Source: Macrostomum lignano
Taxonomy: Eukaryota
Assembly: GCA_002269645.1 (NCBI GenBank)
Contig: NIVC01004217.1
Location: 1-54,457, forward strand
Length of the DNA stretch: 54,457 nt
Reading direction: 5' to 3'
Shown: positions 11,357 through 23,330 of the stretch, piece after piece
How the letters are laid out: each line of letters opens with the position of its first letter
Position numbering within the stretch: the stretch's first letter is position 1
Notes under the pieces: model-generated
Told to the model about the DNA's origin: nothing
The model's input: only the letters and a program-made list of their open reading frames with translations
Databases searched by the model: none
Position numbers and translations under genes: made by a program

Positions 11357-13428
11357 CTAGTCCTTCTGCTGCTGCTGCTGCTGCTGCTGCTCCTGTTGCC
11401 GCTGTCTGTACGCAAACTGGGGAACGTGGCCGAGGCGCGAGCACCGGAGCAGGAATGCACGGATTGACAACTCACCAGTGCGGTACTGCGCCCAGTACCG
11501 CTCCACACTCGTTTGCAGACGCTCGTACCGTGCTCTGTGCTGGCGCTCTTGAGCACCCTGGTTCACCAGCGCGGCATGCACTGGCACAAGCTTGGCCTCC
11601 ATGTGCAGCAGGTGCAGGAGTGGGTAGAGTGTCAACTGCACTCTCTCGGCCCGCTGCTTGAGTCTCCGGTGCCAGCCCTCGACCTCGTTGTTGGTACGTA
11701 TTGACTGGCAGTACACACTGACTTCGTGGACTCCGTGGACCGGGTTCGACAGCCAGGTCGCGCTCACGTACTCGGCCAGGTCCAGCAGCAGCGGCGCGTG
11801 CACACCAGCAACGATCTGCGCCAGACCCTCGCCCATGTGCTCGGCCGGCAGGTAGGGGAGCACCATGAGCATGCGAGCGAAGTCGCGGGTGCCAGGATCT
11901 GTCAGATAGGCCTGCTGCAGGCCCAGGTGCTGCAAGCGACGAAATATCGCCTGCGCGAAGTGAAACAGGCAGCCCTGGAACCTTGCAGCCGGAAACACGG
12001 ACCGTAAAGCCTGCCATGCCGCAGCTTCGAAGTCCATGACACAGACCTCCGGCGTCGAGTTGCCCAGTCCCTGTTTCAGTGCAGAGAAGACAGCAGTGTA
12101 GTCATTTACCGACTTACCTGACATTAGTGCGAAAGCCAGAGGAACCTGCTTGATTGTCGTTCCCTGTCGGATGTAGCAGTGCACCGAGTACAGCTGTTTA
12201 AAGGGGGCATGAACGACATCGAAGGTGCCGTCCAGAAACCACAATCTGCGGGAGACAAGCAACTCGATCTGGTTGGATGTGTAAAGAAGCAGATGACGCT
12301 TACCTGAGCCTTCGACTCGGACATCGCTGCGGAGAAAATTCGGAGGCAGATGATCCAAGGCCAGTGCAAACTGGAGGTCGACTGGAGGCTGCGGGCGCTT
12401 AACCTCACGAGACCGATTGGCGATGCGCACCAGCTGATTGATTGGGCCAATGTGCCCGGTCTCCAGCAACTTCGCCTCCACGATTGCTGCAGCCGATCTG
12501 AAGCAGTGCCGCTTCGCGTCCTCCTTGATCTCGGCGACCAATCGGCGCTTCATTCCCTCACGCACTCGTGGTTCGCAGATGTGAGCCGCTTGGCCGCTTC
12601 GAACGTTGCCCTGACTGTCTTCAATGGCAGAAGCCGGGCACTTCAACCTGGAATTGCGTTGGGTGCAGCGCCAATAGCGACTGTTATTCTTTTCGACGTT
12701 CAGCCCCAATACATATTCTCGAGCTCCAATGCGGTGAATAAGTGACGGCTTTTGCTTCTTGGTGCCATTGCGAACAATGACGAATTCCTCTAGATCGTTG
12801 GCCTCATCGATTTCTGGGAGCACCTGAGGCTCCAGACCTTCCATCGAGACTTCAGTGAGACGGACCGGCTCTTGGAAGGGCCCTGCGAGGAAGAAACGTG
12901 TTTTTTAATTTTTTTAAGAGCAGTTCCTAGGGTACTAACCATAATGTCTATAATATTTATTTAAAATTGTTGTCAATTATTTTATTGTAATTAGCCTGAC
13001 TTATTAGAAAAGATATGTTATAGCATATGTTATTAAATATAGAATTTCTCACCTGCTTCGGCAGCATACATTTCGGCCAGTAGACCTGCTGCGTCTTCTG
13101 CCTCCGCCGCAGGCTCCGCCGCAGGCTCCGCCGCAGGCTCCGCCGCAGGCTCCGCCGCAGGCTCCGCCGCAGGCTCCGCCGCAGGCTCCGCCGCAGGCTC
13201 CGCCGCAGGCTCCGCCGCAGGCTCCGCCGCAGGCTCCGCCGCTGGTCTTGCCTGACAAGTGGCACACGACCATACAAACACGTCCTGCCGCATAAGTTGC
13301 CTGTACTCTGCTTGTGAGATTCTAGTCCCACAAGTTCGATGTTGCCACTTTTGGCATGAATCGCACTGTATGGCCTGTTGACGTGGCCGCACAGTCTCTG
13401 AGCACTGAATACACTTATCAGTCTCCAT
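11357..13428 (-). CDS. MULE/Mutator-superfamily DDE transposase with N-terminal PHD finger, (AAEP)n linker and FLYWCH domain; 2 exons (13428-13053, 12882-11357), about 633 aa
   Basis: PHD: CIQC...IQCDSCQKWQHRTC...WSCATC. FLYWCH: YWRC...CPASA...HIC. DDE: FLDGTF, VMDFE..CLFHFAQ, RTNNEVEGWH. Phase-1 GT-AG intron 13052-12883 joins the exons in frame, with no stops. Confidence 0.92.
13100..13241 (-). repeat. 12-bp coding tandem repeat encoding (AAEP) x ~11
   Basis: Identical ggctccgccgca units on the + strand, within exon 1 of the transposase. Confidence 0.95.
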
Positions 13429-13686
13429 CCAAAGATGTAAAAATTGAGTGGCCCTCCTGAAACCCTACTCCATTATATAGTGTTTGAGGAGGTTGCAGTG
13501 TCAGGTTTAAGTATTTTGGATTGGTTTGGCTGGTGGGGTTGTTGAGACATGATAGTTGGGGATAAGACCTGGTGCCAATTCGCACCTCACAAGAACTGCC
13601 TACCTGCCTATACCCCTCCCCTCCGACACCACCCACGTTTTGATTGAAACCAAGACCAAGATAGGGCGCACGAGCTAGGGCGCACA

Positions 13687-13909
13687 TTGACAGCTTGGGG
13701 GGGGGAGTGGGTGCGAAGATGGATTGAGAGAACAGGTGTCAACGCGAGGGGCGCTGGTTCAAGTTACAGAGACAGGGCACGTTGTCAGTTTGGGGGGTGG
13801 GTGCGAAGATGGATTGAGAGAACAGGTGTCAGCGCAAGGGGCCCTGATTCAAGTTACAGAGATAGGGCACGTTGACAGTTTGGGGGTGGGTGCGAAGATG
13901 GATTGAGAG
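13687..13909. repeat. ~89-bp tandem repeat, ~2.4 copies
   Basis: ttgacag..gggtgggtgcgaagatggattgagagaacaggtgtc..agggcacg repeated. Confidence 0.85.
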
Positions 13910-14159
13910 ATTAAGTCAGTTGGTTCATCGGTGGTTCTTTTTGTGGTGAATTCAGAAGTAGTCGAAGAAGAAGGTGGAAAGCGTGAAAGATCGATCTTGC
14001 CTTTGTAGCGGCATGCTTGCTGCATATGTATACAAATTAATAGAGAACGTTCCGGAAAATCTGGGAGTTTCTGGGATAATACCCGATAATAACAAAGGTA
14101 ATAAGCGGATATGACATGCGTTAGTTGATGTACATGTTATGACATTTGCAAACTGTAGA

Positions 14160-14317
14160 CGAAGTAACTAACATTCTCAGGTCATTTCGTCAACTGACTA
14201 ATGAACCAATCTAAAACCTTGGTCATTTCGTCAACTGCAAGTGAGACCACCTTAAAATGTTAGTCAATTCGTCAACCCAGTTGACGAACTAGCAGTTGAC
14301 GAAATGACCAGCACCCG
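14160..14317. repeat. Cluster of GTCATTTCGTCAAC / GTTGACGAA motifs resembling a DNA-transposon terminal region
   Basis: Direct and inverted copies of ggtcatttcgtcaactg, ~750 bp upstream of the MULE ATG. No partner copy was found on the other side of the gene. Confidence 0.45.
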
Positions 14318-14777
14318 TCCCTTCTACCTGAGCCTGCTCACATTTCTTAAGCACATAACACTAACAGTATAGCCTACACTAAAGTGTTGGCCTTGAATTA
14401 GAAAGTAAAATATGTAAGTTGGTTTTAAATATATAGAAGGTTAGATGCTATAAATACTAAAATTACTAAATAGTCTGATTTAAAAGCAATGATACTAAAA
14501 TTTTAAACTTCTGGTAAGACATAACCAAGGGTACCAAGGAAGTCGATTAATTTACTAGACCTAGATATCTATTTTTATTCTGGCAATGTGCAAAATGTCA
14601 TCTTGATTCATGAAAGCAGAACTATTGATTTACGGATGCCATGAAGTGGCATTGCTGCTTGCAACAACAATAGATGGTGAATTGATAAAAAGCGAACTGC
14701 CTGCCTAGACGTATCTGTTTCCCCATAGATATTCGTATTGATATTCAATTTCTAACAAAAGCAGCAAAATAAACTAA

Positions 14778-15465
14778 CTTGTACAGCTTGGATTTGCATG
14801 AAAATTTACAGAAATATTATTACACACAAAACAAACGTCTGTGTGAAATTTCAAGTCCATCAGACAACGCAGAGCGGAACAGCGAGAGTTTTAAAGGTGC
14901 TCGTATTTATAATGCATTGTATATGGCGCACAGTATATATACATGTATGCCCGTTTGCAGCACTTGTACAGCTCGGATTTGCATGAAAATTTACAGAAAA
15001 ATTATTACACACAAAACAAACGTCTGTGTGAAATTTCAAGTCCATCAGACAACGCAGAGCGGAACAGCGAGAGTTTTAAAGGTGCTCGTATTTATAATGC
15101 ATATTGTATATGGCGCACAGTATATATACATGTATGCCCGTTTGCAGCACTTGTACAGCTCGGATTTGCATGAAAATTTACAGAAAAATTATTACACACA
15201 AAACAAACGTCTGTGTGAAATTTCAAGTCCATCAGACAACGCAGAGCGGAACAGCGAGAGTTTTAAAGGTGCTCGTATTTATAATGCATTGTATATGGCG
15301 CACAGTATATATACATGTATGCCCGTTTGCAGCACTTGTACAGCTCGGATTTGCATGAAAATTTACAGAAAAATTATTACACACAAAACAAACGTCTGTG
15401 AGAAATTTCAAGTCCATCAGACAACGCAGAGCGGAACGGCGAGAGTTTTAAAGGTGCTCGTATTT
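14778..15465. repeat. ~185-bp tandem satellite, ~3.7 near-identical copies
   Basis: Units start at cttgtacagc at 14778, 14963, 15150 and 15335. Confidence 0.95.
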
Positions 15466-15807
15466 AATAATGAACAAGCTGTTGAAACCCGCGGAATTCC
15501 AATCCCCGGAACTATACTTTTGCTTGTATTCTAAGTCATAAGTCATACTCCAACAAAAACTTGTTAATGACTACGATAAAGGTAAAAATAAAATGGAGTA
15601 CATTCGTGTAAATTTAGGATTTGAGGAAAGCATTGATCTTCTTGGCTGGGGTGCTGCGCAGAACAGAATGTCAGGCAATGTCTGTCTAAAACAAGCATTG
15701 GCAAACTCTGGCCCCTGCCCCTGCCTTTCCCTACGTCCCTTGGATCCTTTGAAACTTCTATCTTCTCTACTGTTTCCCCTCTTATCTCTCGTCTCTCGTC
15801 TCTTCTC

Positions 15808-17248
15808 TCCAACCGAGCAATGCTAATGGATACGACAGGCGCCACTCGAGCCTTAGCGATGAGAAGATGAGCAGAAACATCCTGACGCTCATGATCGATA
15901 ACCCTCAGGTACACGACAGCAGCATATGCTCGTTCACTAGCGTCAGAAAAACCGTGCAATTGCATTTCAATGTGACTGGACTGTCATTGTTAAGGCACGA
16001 CACAACGGTAAAGTTTAAGATTCAACGTCTTGAGTGAATCCAAACAGCGGGTCCATTTTGCTGCCATCTCACTCGGAAGATCATCGTCCCACGGGACTTT
16101 CTGCTTGCAAAGCTGTTGAAACCAGGCTTTGACCAGCGTCACTGCCTGTGTTAGGAACCCAAGTGGGTCAAACAGCTTTGACAAAAGTGGAAGCATCATT
16201 CTCTTAGAGTACCACTGACCTGCGACGGAATCAAGCACTGCAGCGAACTCAGCCGAAAAATGTCTTCATCCGGGTATCAAGCAAGGCCAAGAACTTTCTT
16301 TATTTTACCGACATCCGCTACAGGAAGCGACTTTATGAAATCCGCATGAATGCCGCATGTTCATGCCTGCTTCCGCAAAAATTCGCCACTTCGTCTGAGC
16401 GTACAACTCGCCGGCTTCTTCATCCGAATCGCAACAAGTGACTAAATTGTCCACGTACAGGCTAGTCTTCAAGGTGTTTACAACTGCCGGAGCATCGTCT
16501 TGATGCAGTTCAGGGTGTCGCAATATGGTAGCTCGTAGAATCGCCGGTGAACAAGTTACGCTCGTAGGCCAAAAGGTACTCGACAGAATCTATAATGTAC
16601 GACTTTGTAGGGCTCGTCAGGCTTCATCTCTGTCCACAAGAACCGAAGAGCGTCTCGATCACGCCAGTCAATACCGATTTGAAGGAATGCTTTTTCAATT
16701 TCTGCGAGTACAGCTAAACCGACTTGAGGCGAAAGCGAAGAAGAATCTGGGGAATTAGTGGAAAACACGTAGGCCCCGTCAGAAGAAAGTTGTTGATAGA
16801 GAGGTCTGTGCTGTCCGTCTTTGCTGATCTGTCAAAAACCACGCGTAGCTTCGTGTATTCGCTATTCTTTTTCGTGACGCAGCTGTGGGGTAGATAATGA
16901 ATGATATTTGGCGACTGGTCGCTGCCGTCGACTGGAACTTTCTCGATGATGCCGGCTTGTTATTCTTCTTGTTCGGAAAGAATAGCATCACACTGCACTG
17001 CGCTAGCTGTGCTGGATTACGCTGAAGATGCCGAATGCTCGCCTTTAGCCGAGTTGCCGCTAAATCGAAATGGTCACGCAGGTTAATCGTCTTCTTGGAG
17101 AAACGCCAAGGCAACTGCACAGAATATCGTCCATCATGCAGCTGCGGGTTGCAAGGAAAGACGTCGGACGAAACAGGATGTGGGTCATCTAGAATCCCGA
17201 TTGAGTCCAACCTCCAAAGAGAAGTGAAATCGTCATTTAAGGACTTCG
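15808..17248 (-). mobile_element. Degenerate BEL/Pao LTR-retrotransposon pol fragment (RT and RNase H region)
   Basis: GRYSVQLPW; AEIEKAFLQI; HYRFCRVPFGL; LYVDN; LSKLFDPLGFL..VPWDD; LHGFSDASERAYAAVVY..LLIAKARVAP. Several frameshifts. Confidence 0.92.
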
Positions 17249-17249
17249 A

Positions 17250-18140
17250 CACAGTCTTCCTGACGACGATGACGGCTTTCTGCTGCGGCGACGCGTGGGT
17301 CGACATCAACCGGAGAAGCGGCTCAGCGTGCTTGGCTACGCCGACGACCTCGCCCTGCCGTCTTCGACCGTCGAGGGCGCCCAACGGCAGCTGGAAGGCT
17401 ATTTGCCGTTGCGGCGAGCGTCGGCCTGGTGGTCAACACGCAGAAGACCGTTGTGCTCTGCGTGCCGGACAACATCGAGGCTGCAATATTCTGCCGAGGC
17501 GCTGACGGGCAGGCGACCGAGCTCCCGCGATGTCAGCAGTTCGTCTACCTCGGCGGTCTGGTTCCAGACGCTCGCGAGGACCTGCGACGCCGCCGCGGGC
17601 TTGCCTGGGCTGCCTTTCGTTCTGTGAGGGCAGTCCTGCAGTCCGAGGCCCTACCGCGGACCGCCAGAGGGCGGCGCTGTTCCAGGCGGTAATCGAGACC
17701 GTCCTGCTCTACAACGCCGAGACTTGGACGCCGACGGATTCACTCGAACAGCAACTCGATGCGGCGCACGCTTAGCCTGCTGCGCGCCGCCTTCAACATC
17801 GGCGTCGAGCGAGTCAACAACGCGGCACTCTATCGCCGCGCTGGCCTGCCACGTCCAAGCGATCTACTGCGCCGTCGGCGACTCCAGCTCGCAGGCCATC
17901 TCATCCGCGCCGAGTCGTACTGCTCACAGCCGGTGCAGGAGGTGCTGCTGCTCACGCTGCAGGCACCCTACCGGCGAGGTCAAGCGCGAACTCAGCGTTA
18001 CGTCGACTGTCTGCTGGCTGACGCCGGCGCCCCGGACACTGCCGGTGGCGCGGCCTTTGTTCGCGCCCAAGCCATGAAGCGCGCCCTGTGACGCTGACTT
18101 TTGCCATCCTGACAGCGTATTTTGTTGTTGTTGTTGTTGT
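17250..18140 (+). mobile_element. 5'-truncated RTE-clade non-LTR retrotransposon with (TTG)n tail
   Basis: LGYADDLAL, FVYLGG, RRRGLAWAAF and LLYNAETWT across shifted frames. Stop at 18091, then a (ttg)n tail at ~18119-18140. Confidence 0.88.
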
Positions 18141-19032
18141 AGATAGGACAGAGAAGTGATGAGAGAGGAGAGCAAAGAGGACAGAGTACGCTCGTAAAGA
18201 GGAGAAAGGAGAGATGAGAGATGAGAGGTGAGATGAAGGAGGAGATCGAGAGGAGAGTGGAGAGAGAAGAAAGGAGAGAAGAGATGGAAAGAGAGGAGTC
18301 ATAAGAGGGGAAAGAAAAGAGTATAGAGGAGAGTTATCATAAACTCAAAATAGTATTTGTTTGTTTCAGTCTGTTTATTAGGTGTTCCTGGTGACCTAAG
18401 GATTAAATAGCTTTTTGCTTTCAACATCTCATCTCAACATCTTCTTAAAATAAATAACATAAGCAAAATGCAATAACCCATTATTTTTAATTGATTGATT
18501 TGTACATTTTTTTGACATAACCCTATGGTTGTCCTTAATATGTTATTTATTCTTGAAATATCAGTTTAGTAGGAAAGTCAATCCTTGTATCCCAAATCCA
18601 AAAATCTGAGGATCCTAGGACTTGGGGTCTAGGATCCCAATTCTTTTGGGGTCCCTCAATTATATAGTCCCCCTTTATGCTTACCATAGTCCAGATAATG
18701 TTGAGTATTTTTCAAATGTAGCCCAATGTCACAGTAAGACATTTTTTAGCTCCTTAACTTTCAAACTGCATATCACTCTAGACTAATTCATAATAACACA
18801 AGATTTTTTCATTAAAACTTTGTGTTTTATTTAGTCACAATCTCATTTCATTTTTGCCATAATTTCATAGCAGTTGAGATAGTTTCAAAGCAATAATCTC
18901 ATTTCAGTTTAGCCTATAAACTTGAAGCAGTTTAGCCATAATCTCTAAGCAACATTGGTTATAATCTCATTTCAGTTAAAAATATAATAGTTGATGAGCC
19001 ATAATCTCCTTTCAGTTTAGCCATAATCTCAA

Positions 19033-19674
19033 CATAGGCATAGGAATGGGGGGCCAGTGGGGCCATGGCCCCCCTCACTTTTTAAAATGGGGGGGGGGCA
19101 GTAATGGTATCTGGTCCCTCCACAATTTAAATCTAAAATGTAGTCTTCTTGCTTATTTTGGGTTTTTGCTGCTTTGCATGAATGCATTTTTGCTGGTAGG
19201 TGACAAAAATAAGTGCCTGCAGCGCTAAAATGAGTGTCTGCAGTGTTAAAATGGGTGCCTGTAGCACTAAAATGGGTGCCTGCAGCACTAATGGCTGCCT
19301 GTGGCACTTAAATAAGTGCCTATGGTGCTAAAATGAGTGCCTGTGGTGTTAAAATGGGTGCCTGCAGTGCTAAAATGGGTGCCTGTGGTGCTAAAATGGG
19401 TGCCTGTGGGAAATGGGTGCTTGCGGCACTAAAATGGGTGCCTGCGGCATTAAAATGGGTGCCTGCGGCACTAAAATGGGTGCCTGTGGAATTTTTTAAA
19501 ATGAGTGCTGACAAGATAGATTTGGAAAATAATCGGTACATGATAATATGCATTTTCCATATAAAAAAATCTAACTCAACAAGGGCGTGCACCCTGTTTG
19601 CCCCCCCCCCCCCCCCCTATATCCATCACTAAACCTGCCTCCCCCCCACTTTTTGAAATGTTCCTACGCCTATG
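19033..19674. mobile_element. hAT-type MITE (642 bp) with 14-bp TIR and 8-bp TSD
   Basis: Left end CATAGGCATAGGAA, right end TTCCTACGCCTATG (13/14 match). AATCTCAA is duplicated at 19025-19032 and 19675-19682. Internal ~21-bp tandem array gcctgcagcactaaaatgggt at ~19213-19490. Confidence 0.9.
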
Positions 19675-20254
19675 AATCTCAAAGCACTTTAGCCATATCT
19701 CAAAGCACTTTAGCCATATCTCATAGCACTTTAGCCATAATTTCAGGACTTTAGAGTTTAAGAAACATTTAGGCCAGAAGAATTTAATAAATAAATTTAG
19801 TACCTCCTTCAATCTGTATGACCTCTCATTCATTCGTGTAAGCACACCCATCCTTTGATCTCAGTGGTACAACAGATTTAATTTTAACTGGGCCGTTTTC
19901 CCCTTAAAAGCCAAACATAATTTCAACTCAATGAAAGTGTAGGTTTCTTTAAATATAATTAACATACTTTTTTACCATCATAGGCTCCACTCTGCCCATG
20001 TTGTTGCCATGTTTACACAGCAAATTCCAACAAATCATTGCAGCATTTTATTACTAGCTATCTGCCAGCGTGATGAACTCCCAGTCTGAAATTGGTGCTG
20101 GCGAAGTAGGTAAGCTTTAAAACTAGACTTTTGTTGATTTCAATTTGATGATTTTTGTTGCTTATGTCGGACTCACAAATTTAGGTCGGGTAATTTATAT
20201 CTATTTAGCTCTGAACATTTGACTCAGGTCCTGAGTGCTGAATGGCTTCTGTAT

Positions 20255-20445
20255 ACCCAGGCCAGTTGTAATATGAGTACCAGCATTAGCTAGATATTGA
20301 GGGTGGGAGTGGCGCCTCTCCCTCAGTCATGGACTGAACAGCCATACGCAGCTTTGAGATGCGCCGCGCAATAACTGCAGCTGTGCTGGTGGCTACGAGT
20401 ACACAGCTGACCTGATTAGGCCACGTGCATTCAAGAAAATAAATA
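20255..20445 (+). mobile_element. Partial copy (3' body) of the tRNA-derived SINE family
   Basis: Shares gtaccagc..tggactgaacagcc..gcag..agatgcgcc..gctgtgct..ggct with the 22270 and 23041 copies. Confidence 0.65.
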
Positions 20446-20727
20446 CAGGATTGGAAAGGTCCGAATGTTGACTACCCTTAGCATTGAGAAAAAAAATATC
20501 AGTCTAATCCTTGAATCAATGCAATCAATACAATAAAAATGGTTAAGGCATTTAATCACTAGAGCGGTACAGTACAAACAGACCAACAAACTTATCTTGG
20601 ACGCTTAGTATAGGGTGATGATGATAAACAGTTTAGGCGATGTTGATTATTTCATTTGAGTTTCTGACTTAAAACTGTTGTCGCTTTTTAATTCTTCGGC
20701 TGCATATTTTAGTCGGCGACAACACCG

Positions 20728-20906
20728 AAATTCGCGAACTGCGCGCCGAAATGCGCGAAATGCTCACTGATATGCGCGCCGAAATGCGCGCGTCCAGCGC
20801 CGAAATGCGCGCGTCCAGCGCCGAACTGCGCGCCGAAATTTGCGAACTGCGCACCGAAATGCGCGCGTCCAGCGCCGAACTGTGCGCCGAAATTCGCGAA
20901 CTGCGC
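20728..20906 (+). repeat. 21-nt-periodic GC-rich repeat reading as a heptad coiled coil (EMRASSA/ELRAEI)
   Basis: Repeated gccgaaatgcgcgcgtccagc units; the ORF at 20751-20981 is open across them. Confidence 0.6.
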
Positions 20907-21249
20907 GTGAGTATTGCAAACTTTTTAATATTGCGACTTCTAAGTCTTGCTTCGAGGCTGTTTAATAAATTGTTGAATTAGGAATTTGTGGAACATTTAG
21001 TTTACAGTTAGCATTATAATTCCAGCTGAAGACTCTGGAAAAACCTGTGCGTTGGGATGGGTGCTCACTCTGCCTGATCAGAATTAGGAAAACTGCCCCT
21101 CCTTTACAATGTTCAATAGAGGAGTATTTAGTACTGGGCCTCCCTTGCAAATCGTGGTGATTCAATCGTCTCCAAATTGACTTATTTTCTACTTATTTTC
21201 CACTTAATCCACTTATAGGGAAGTAGGCTTAATGGCGAAAATGAACAGC

Positions 21250-21760
21250 GAAGTGATGAAATACTGTAACGACGCAAGCATTTCAAAGGCAATACGAGCG
21301 TATGGGACATAGGACAAACTTTGTGCCAGAATATGAGAGACACTGGAGACAGAAAGTGGAAAACTCTAAGAAACTGAAACATTTGTACTACAGCTTTAAA
21401 AGATATCACTCACCAGAAAGATTCCTTACGGAAATCACGGACTCCGAGCTTCGAAAAACCTTGTCAATCTTCAGACTGGGAAGCCACAAACTAGCTTGCG
21501 AGACATTAAGAGCTGCAAGACCTAAAGTCTCATTTGAAGACAGGATTTGCTCTAAGTGCAGAACTGAAGTAGAAAACGACACTCTTTCTTTTTAAATGCA
21601 GCTTGGCAATTTTATATTCCCATTCGAAATAGTTTCATTAGAGAAATCTCAAATATGGTCCCGAACTTTGAGAGTCTTTCACCCGAGGACAAAGCACTGC
21701 CTAATGGTGCAAGACTATGGAGAGATAACAGAAACACTCGCAAAGTATATCATAGAAATG
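21250..21760 (+). mobile_element. 3' remnant of a LINE ORF2 (post-RT region with Cys motif), frameshifted
   Basis: LRKTLSIFRLGSHKLACET...FEDRICSKC...VEND resembles the (L)xRFRLSxHxLxIETGR..ERxCxxC..VEDE motif at the C-terminus of many invertebrate CR1/L2-group and RTE-X-like ORF2 proteins. Confidence 0.7.
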
Positions 21761-22269
21761 TCACAAAGCTATTCCCATCGCTCCTACTCCACTGCCCACA
21801 GGTAGCAATCGAAAGCCTGAAAGGCCCGTTATTGGCGGTGAGTTTCATTGCTGCTGGTTGGGACAATGGGACAATGCGGTGCCTTTCAAAATGTTTCACG
21901 TTTTCAGTAATTAATCACCTCACCTGGTGTCATTGCACCAGTAAATTTAGTCAGCCAAATGCAACTTGTGACGGAGATTCTGTCCCGGGTGTTGCTTTTC
22001 AGGATTCTACTCCGTCGAGCTCTCCGGTTAGTCTTGCAGCTATGGTAGAATGTTTTAGGCGCGAATGTTTTTGGTGCTAGCATTGTCTGCGATATTTTAC
22101 TGCCTTTCGCTGAATAACCAGCGATTTTAAGTTTTCACTGTTCTAAGACAAGTATTTAAAAAATATCTTTTAAATTCCATGCCCTCGCAAATCGGGCTGT
22201 TTTTACTGCTAAATAAAGTCTAATGTCATTGGATATCCGTAATTTCATGCGGCATCACACTTGCTAGCC

Positions 22270-22560
22270 GCGTAAACCGCTTAAATTGTCTACAGGACTC
22301 ACGACTTGAATGTCGGGGGTTCGATTCCTGACTCTTGTTTCAATTTGTGTCCTTTAGCAAGACACTTAACTCTGCATTCCTTCAGTTCACCCAGCTGTTA
22401 AATGGGTGCCAGCGTCAGCTGATGTAATTGACGTTGGGCCTGGCGTCGCTCCAGTCTGTGGACTGAACAGCCGTAAGCAGTCTTCAGATGCGCCGGGCAA
22501 TAGCTGCGGCTGTGCTATCGGCTGCACTTCTGGCCTGATTGAGGCAGATGAAATAAATAG
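22270..22560 (+). mobile_element. tRNA-derived SINE
   Basis: B-box gggttcgattcc (~22318), central gtgtcctttagcaagacacttaac...cacccagctgttaaatgggt, 3' aaataaata. Confidence 0.8.
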
Positions 22561-23040
22561 TTTCTTATTAGACCAAATAAATAACTTTTGCTTGAGTCCA
22601 AGTCCAATACAGCTAGCTAGCCACCCACAGCTTAGTTTTGATTGTCAACTTCTATGTAGGACTTGTATGTATAGCATTCTTGGCTATCCGGAATTCCTTG
22701 GAACAAAACTGAGTAAAGTTACCACTTTGCAAACACGGTCAGTGTTCTCGAGCAAGACTTGTCTTTGATCAATTTACGATAAACAAAACAAGTACGAGTA
22801 GGAAATCAAATTCAATTCAAATTGGTGCCACTTCAACCACGAGTCGCGGCAGTTCTGGAACGGGTATCTGAGGTAGAAAGCGGAGCTAAAGGAAACCCCT
22901 AAGTGCTGAAACACTTTTGAAATTTCTGGCTCCAAAAAGCGAGATTTTCTCTCCTTGTTAAAAACGAAAAAGAAACTTCTCAGGTCATGGTGACGGCTCC
23001 TTTGCTATTTTCGTCAACACTTCTAGTCAAATTGACACCC

Positions 23041-23330
23041 TAATAATAATTATAATTCATGATTTACACCTGTCCAATTCGGGTCAGACGTGCAGCCAAC
23101 AGCACAGTCGCCGCTAATGTGTGGCGCATCTAAAGACTGCGTACAGTGCGGCCGTTCAGTCCGTTGACTGACTGTAAGGGACGCGACACCCCTAACCAGC
23201 ACAGCTAATGCTGGTACTCATCTAAAAACTGGGTGAACTAAAGCAACTCAAATTGTAGCAGCAGAGGCTAGAGTCGAACCCCAGAACTCAAGTCGCGAGT
23301 CCGTGACACTCTAACCACCAGGCTACAGCC
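23041..23330 (-). mobile_element. tRNA-derived SINE, same family
   Basis: Minus strand: A-box tagcctggtgg, B-box ggttcgactc, ttcacccag..atgagtaccagc, ggactgaac, then an (att)n-like tail. Confidence 0.8.

Noticed and set aside
11472-12745. Several 60-180 aa ORFs overlapping the MULE gene on both strands
   Set aside because: Shadow ORFs of a GC-rich coding exon; no independent motifs.
14778-15465. CRISPR-like appearance of this and other regular arrays (24286-24720, 32620-33270)
   Set aside because: Units are contiguous with no unique spacers, there are no cas genes, and the context is eukaryotic.
14779-15534. 251-aa ORF and neighbours
   Set aside because: Produced by the 185-bp satellite read through shifting frames; no domain signature.
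22270-23330. tRNA genes suggested by A/B boxes
   Set aside because: No complete cloverleaf; the boxes are followed by a shared SINE body.
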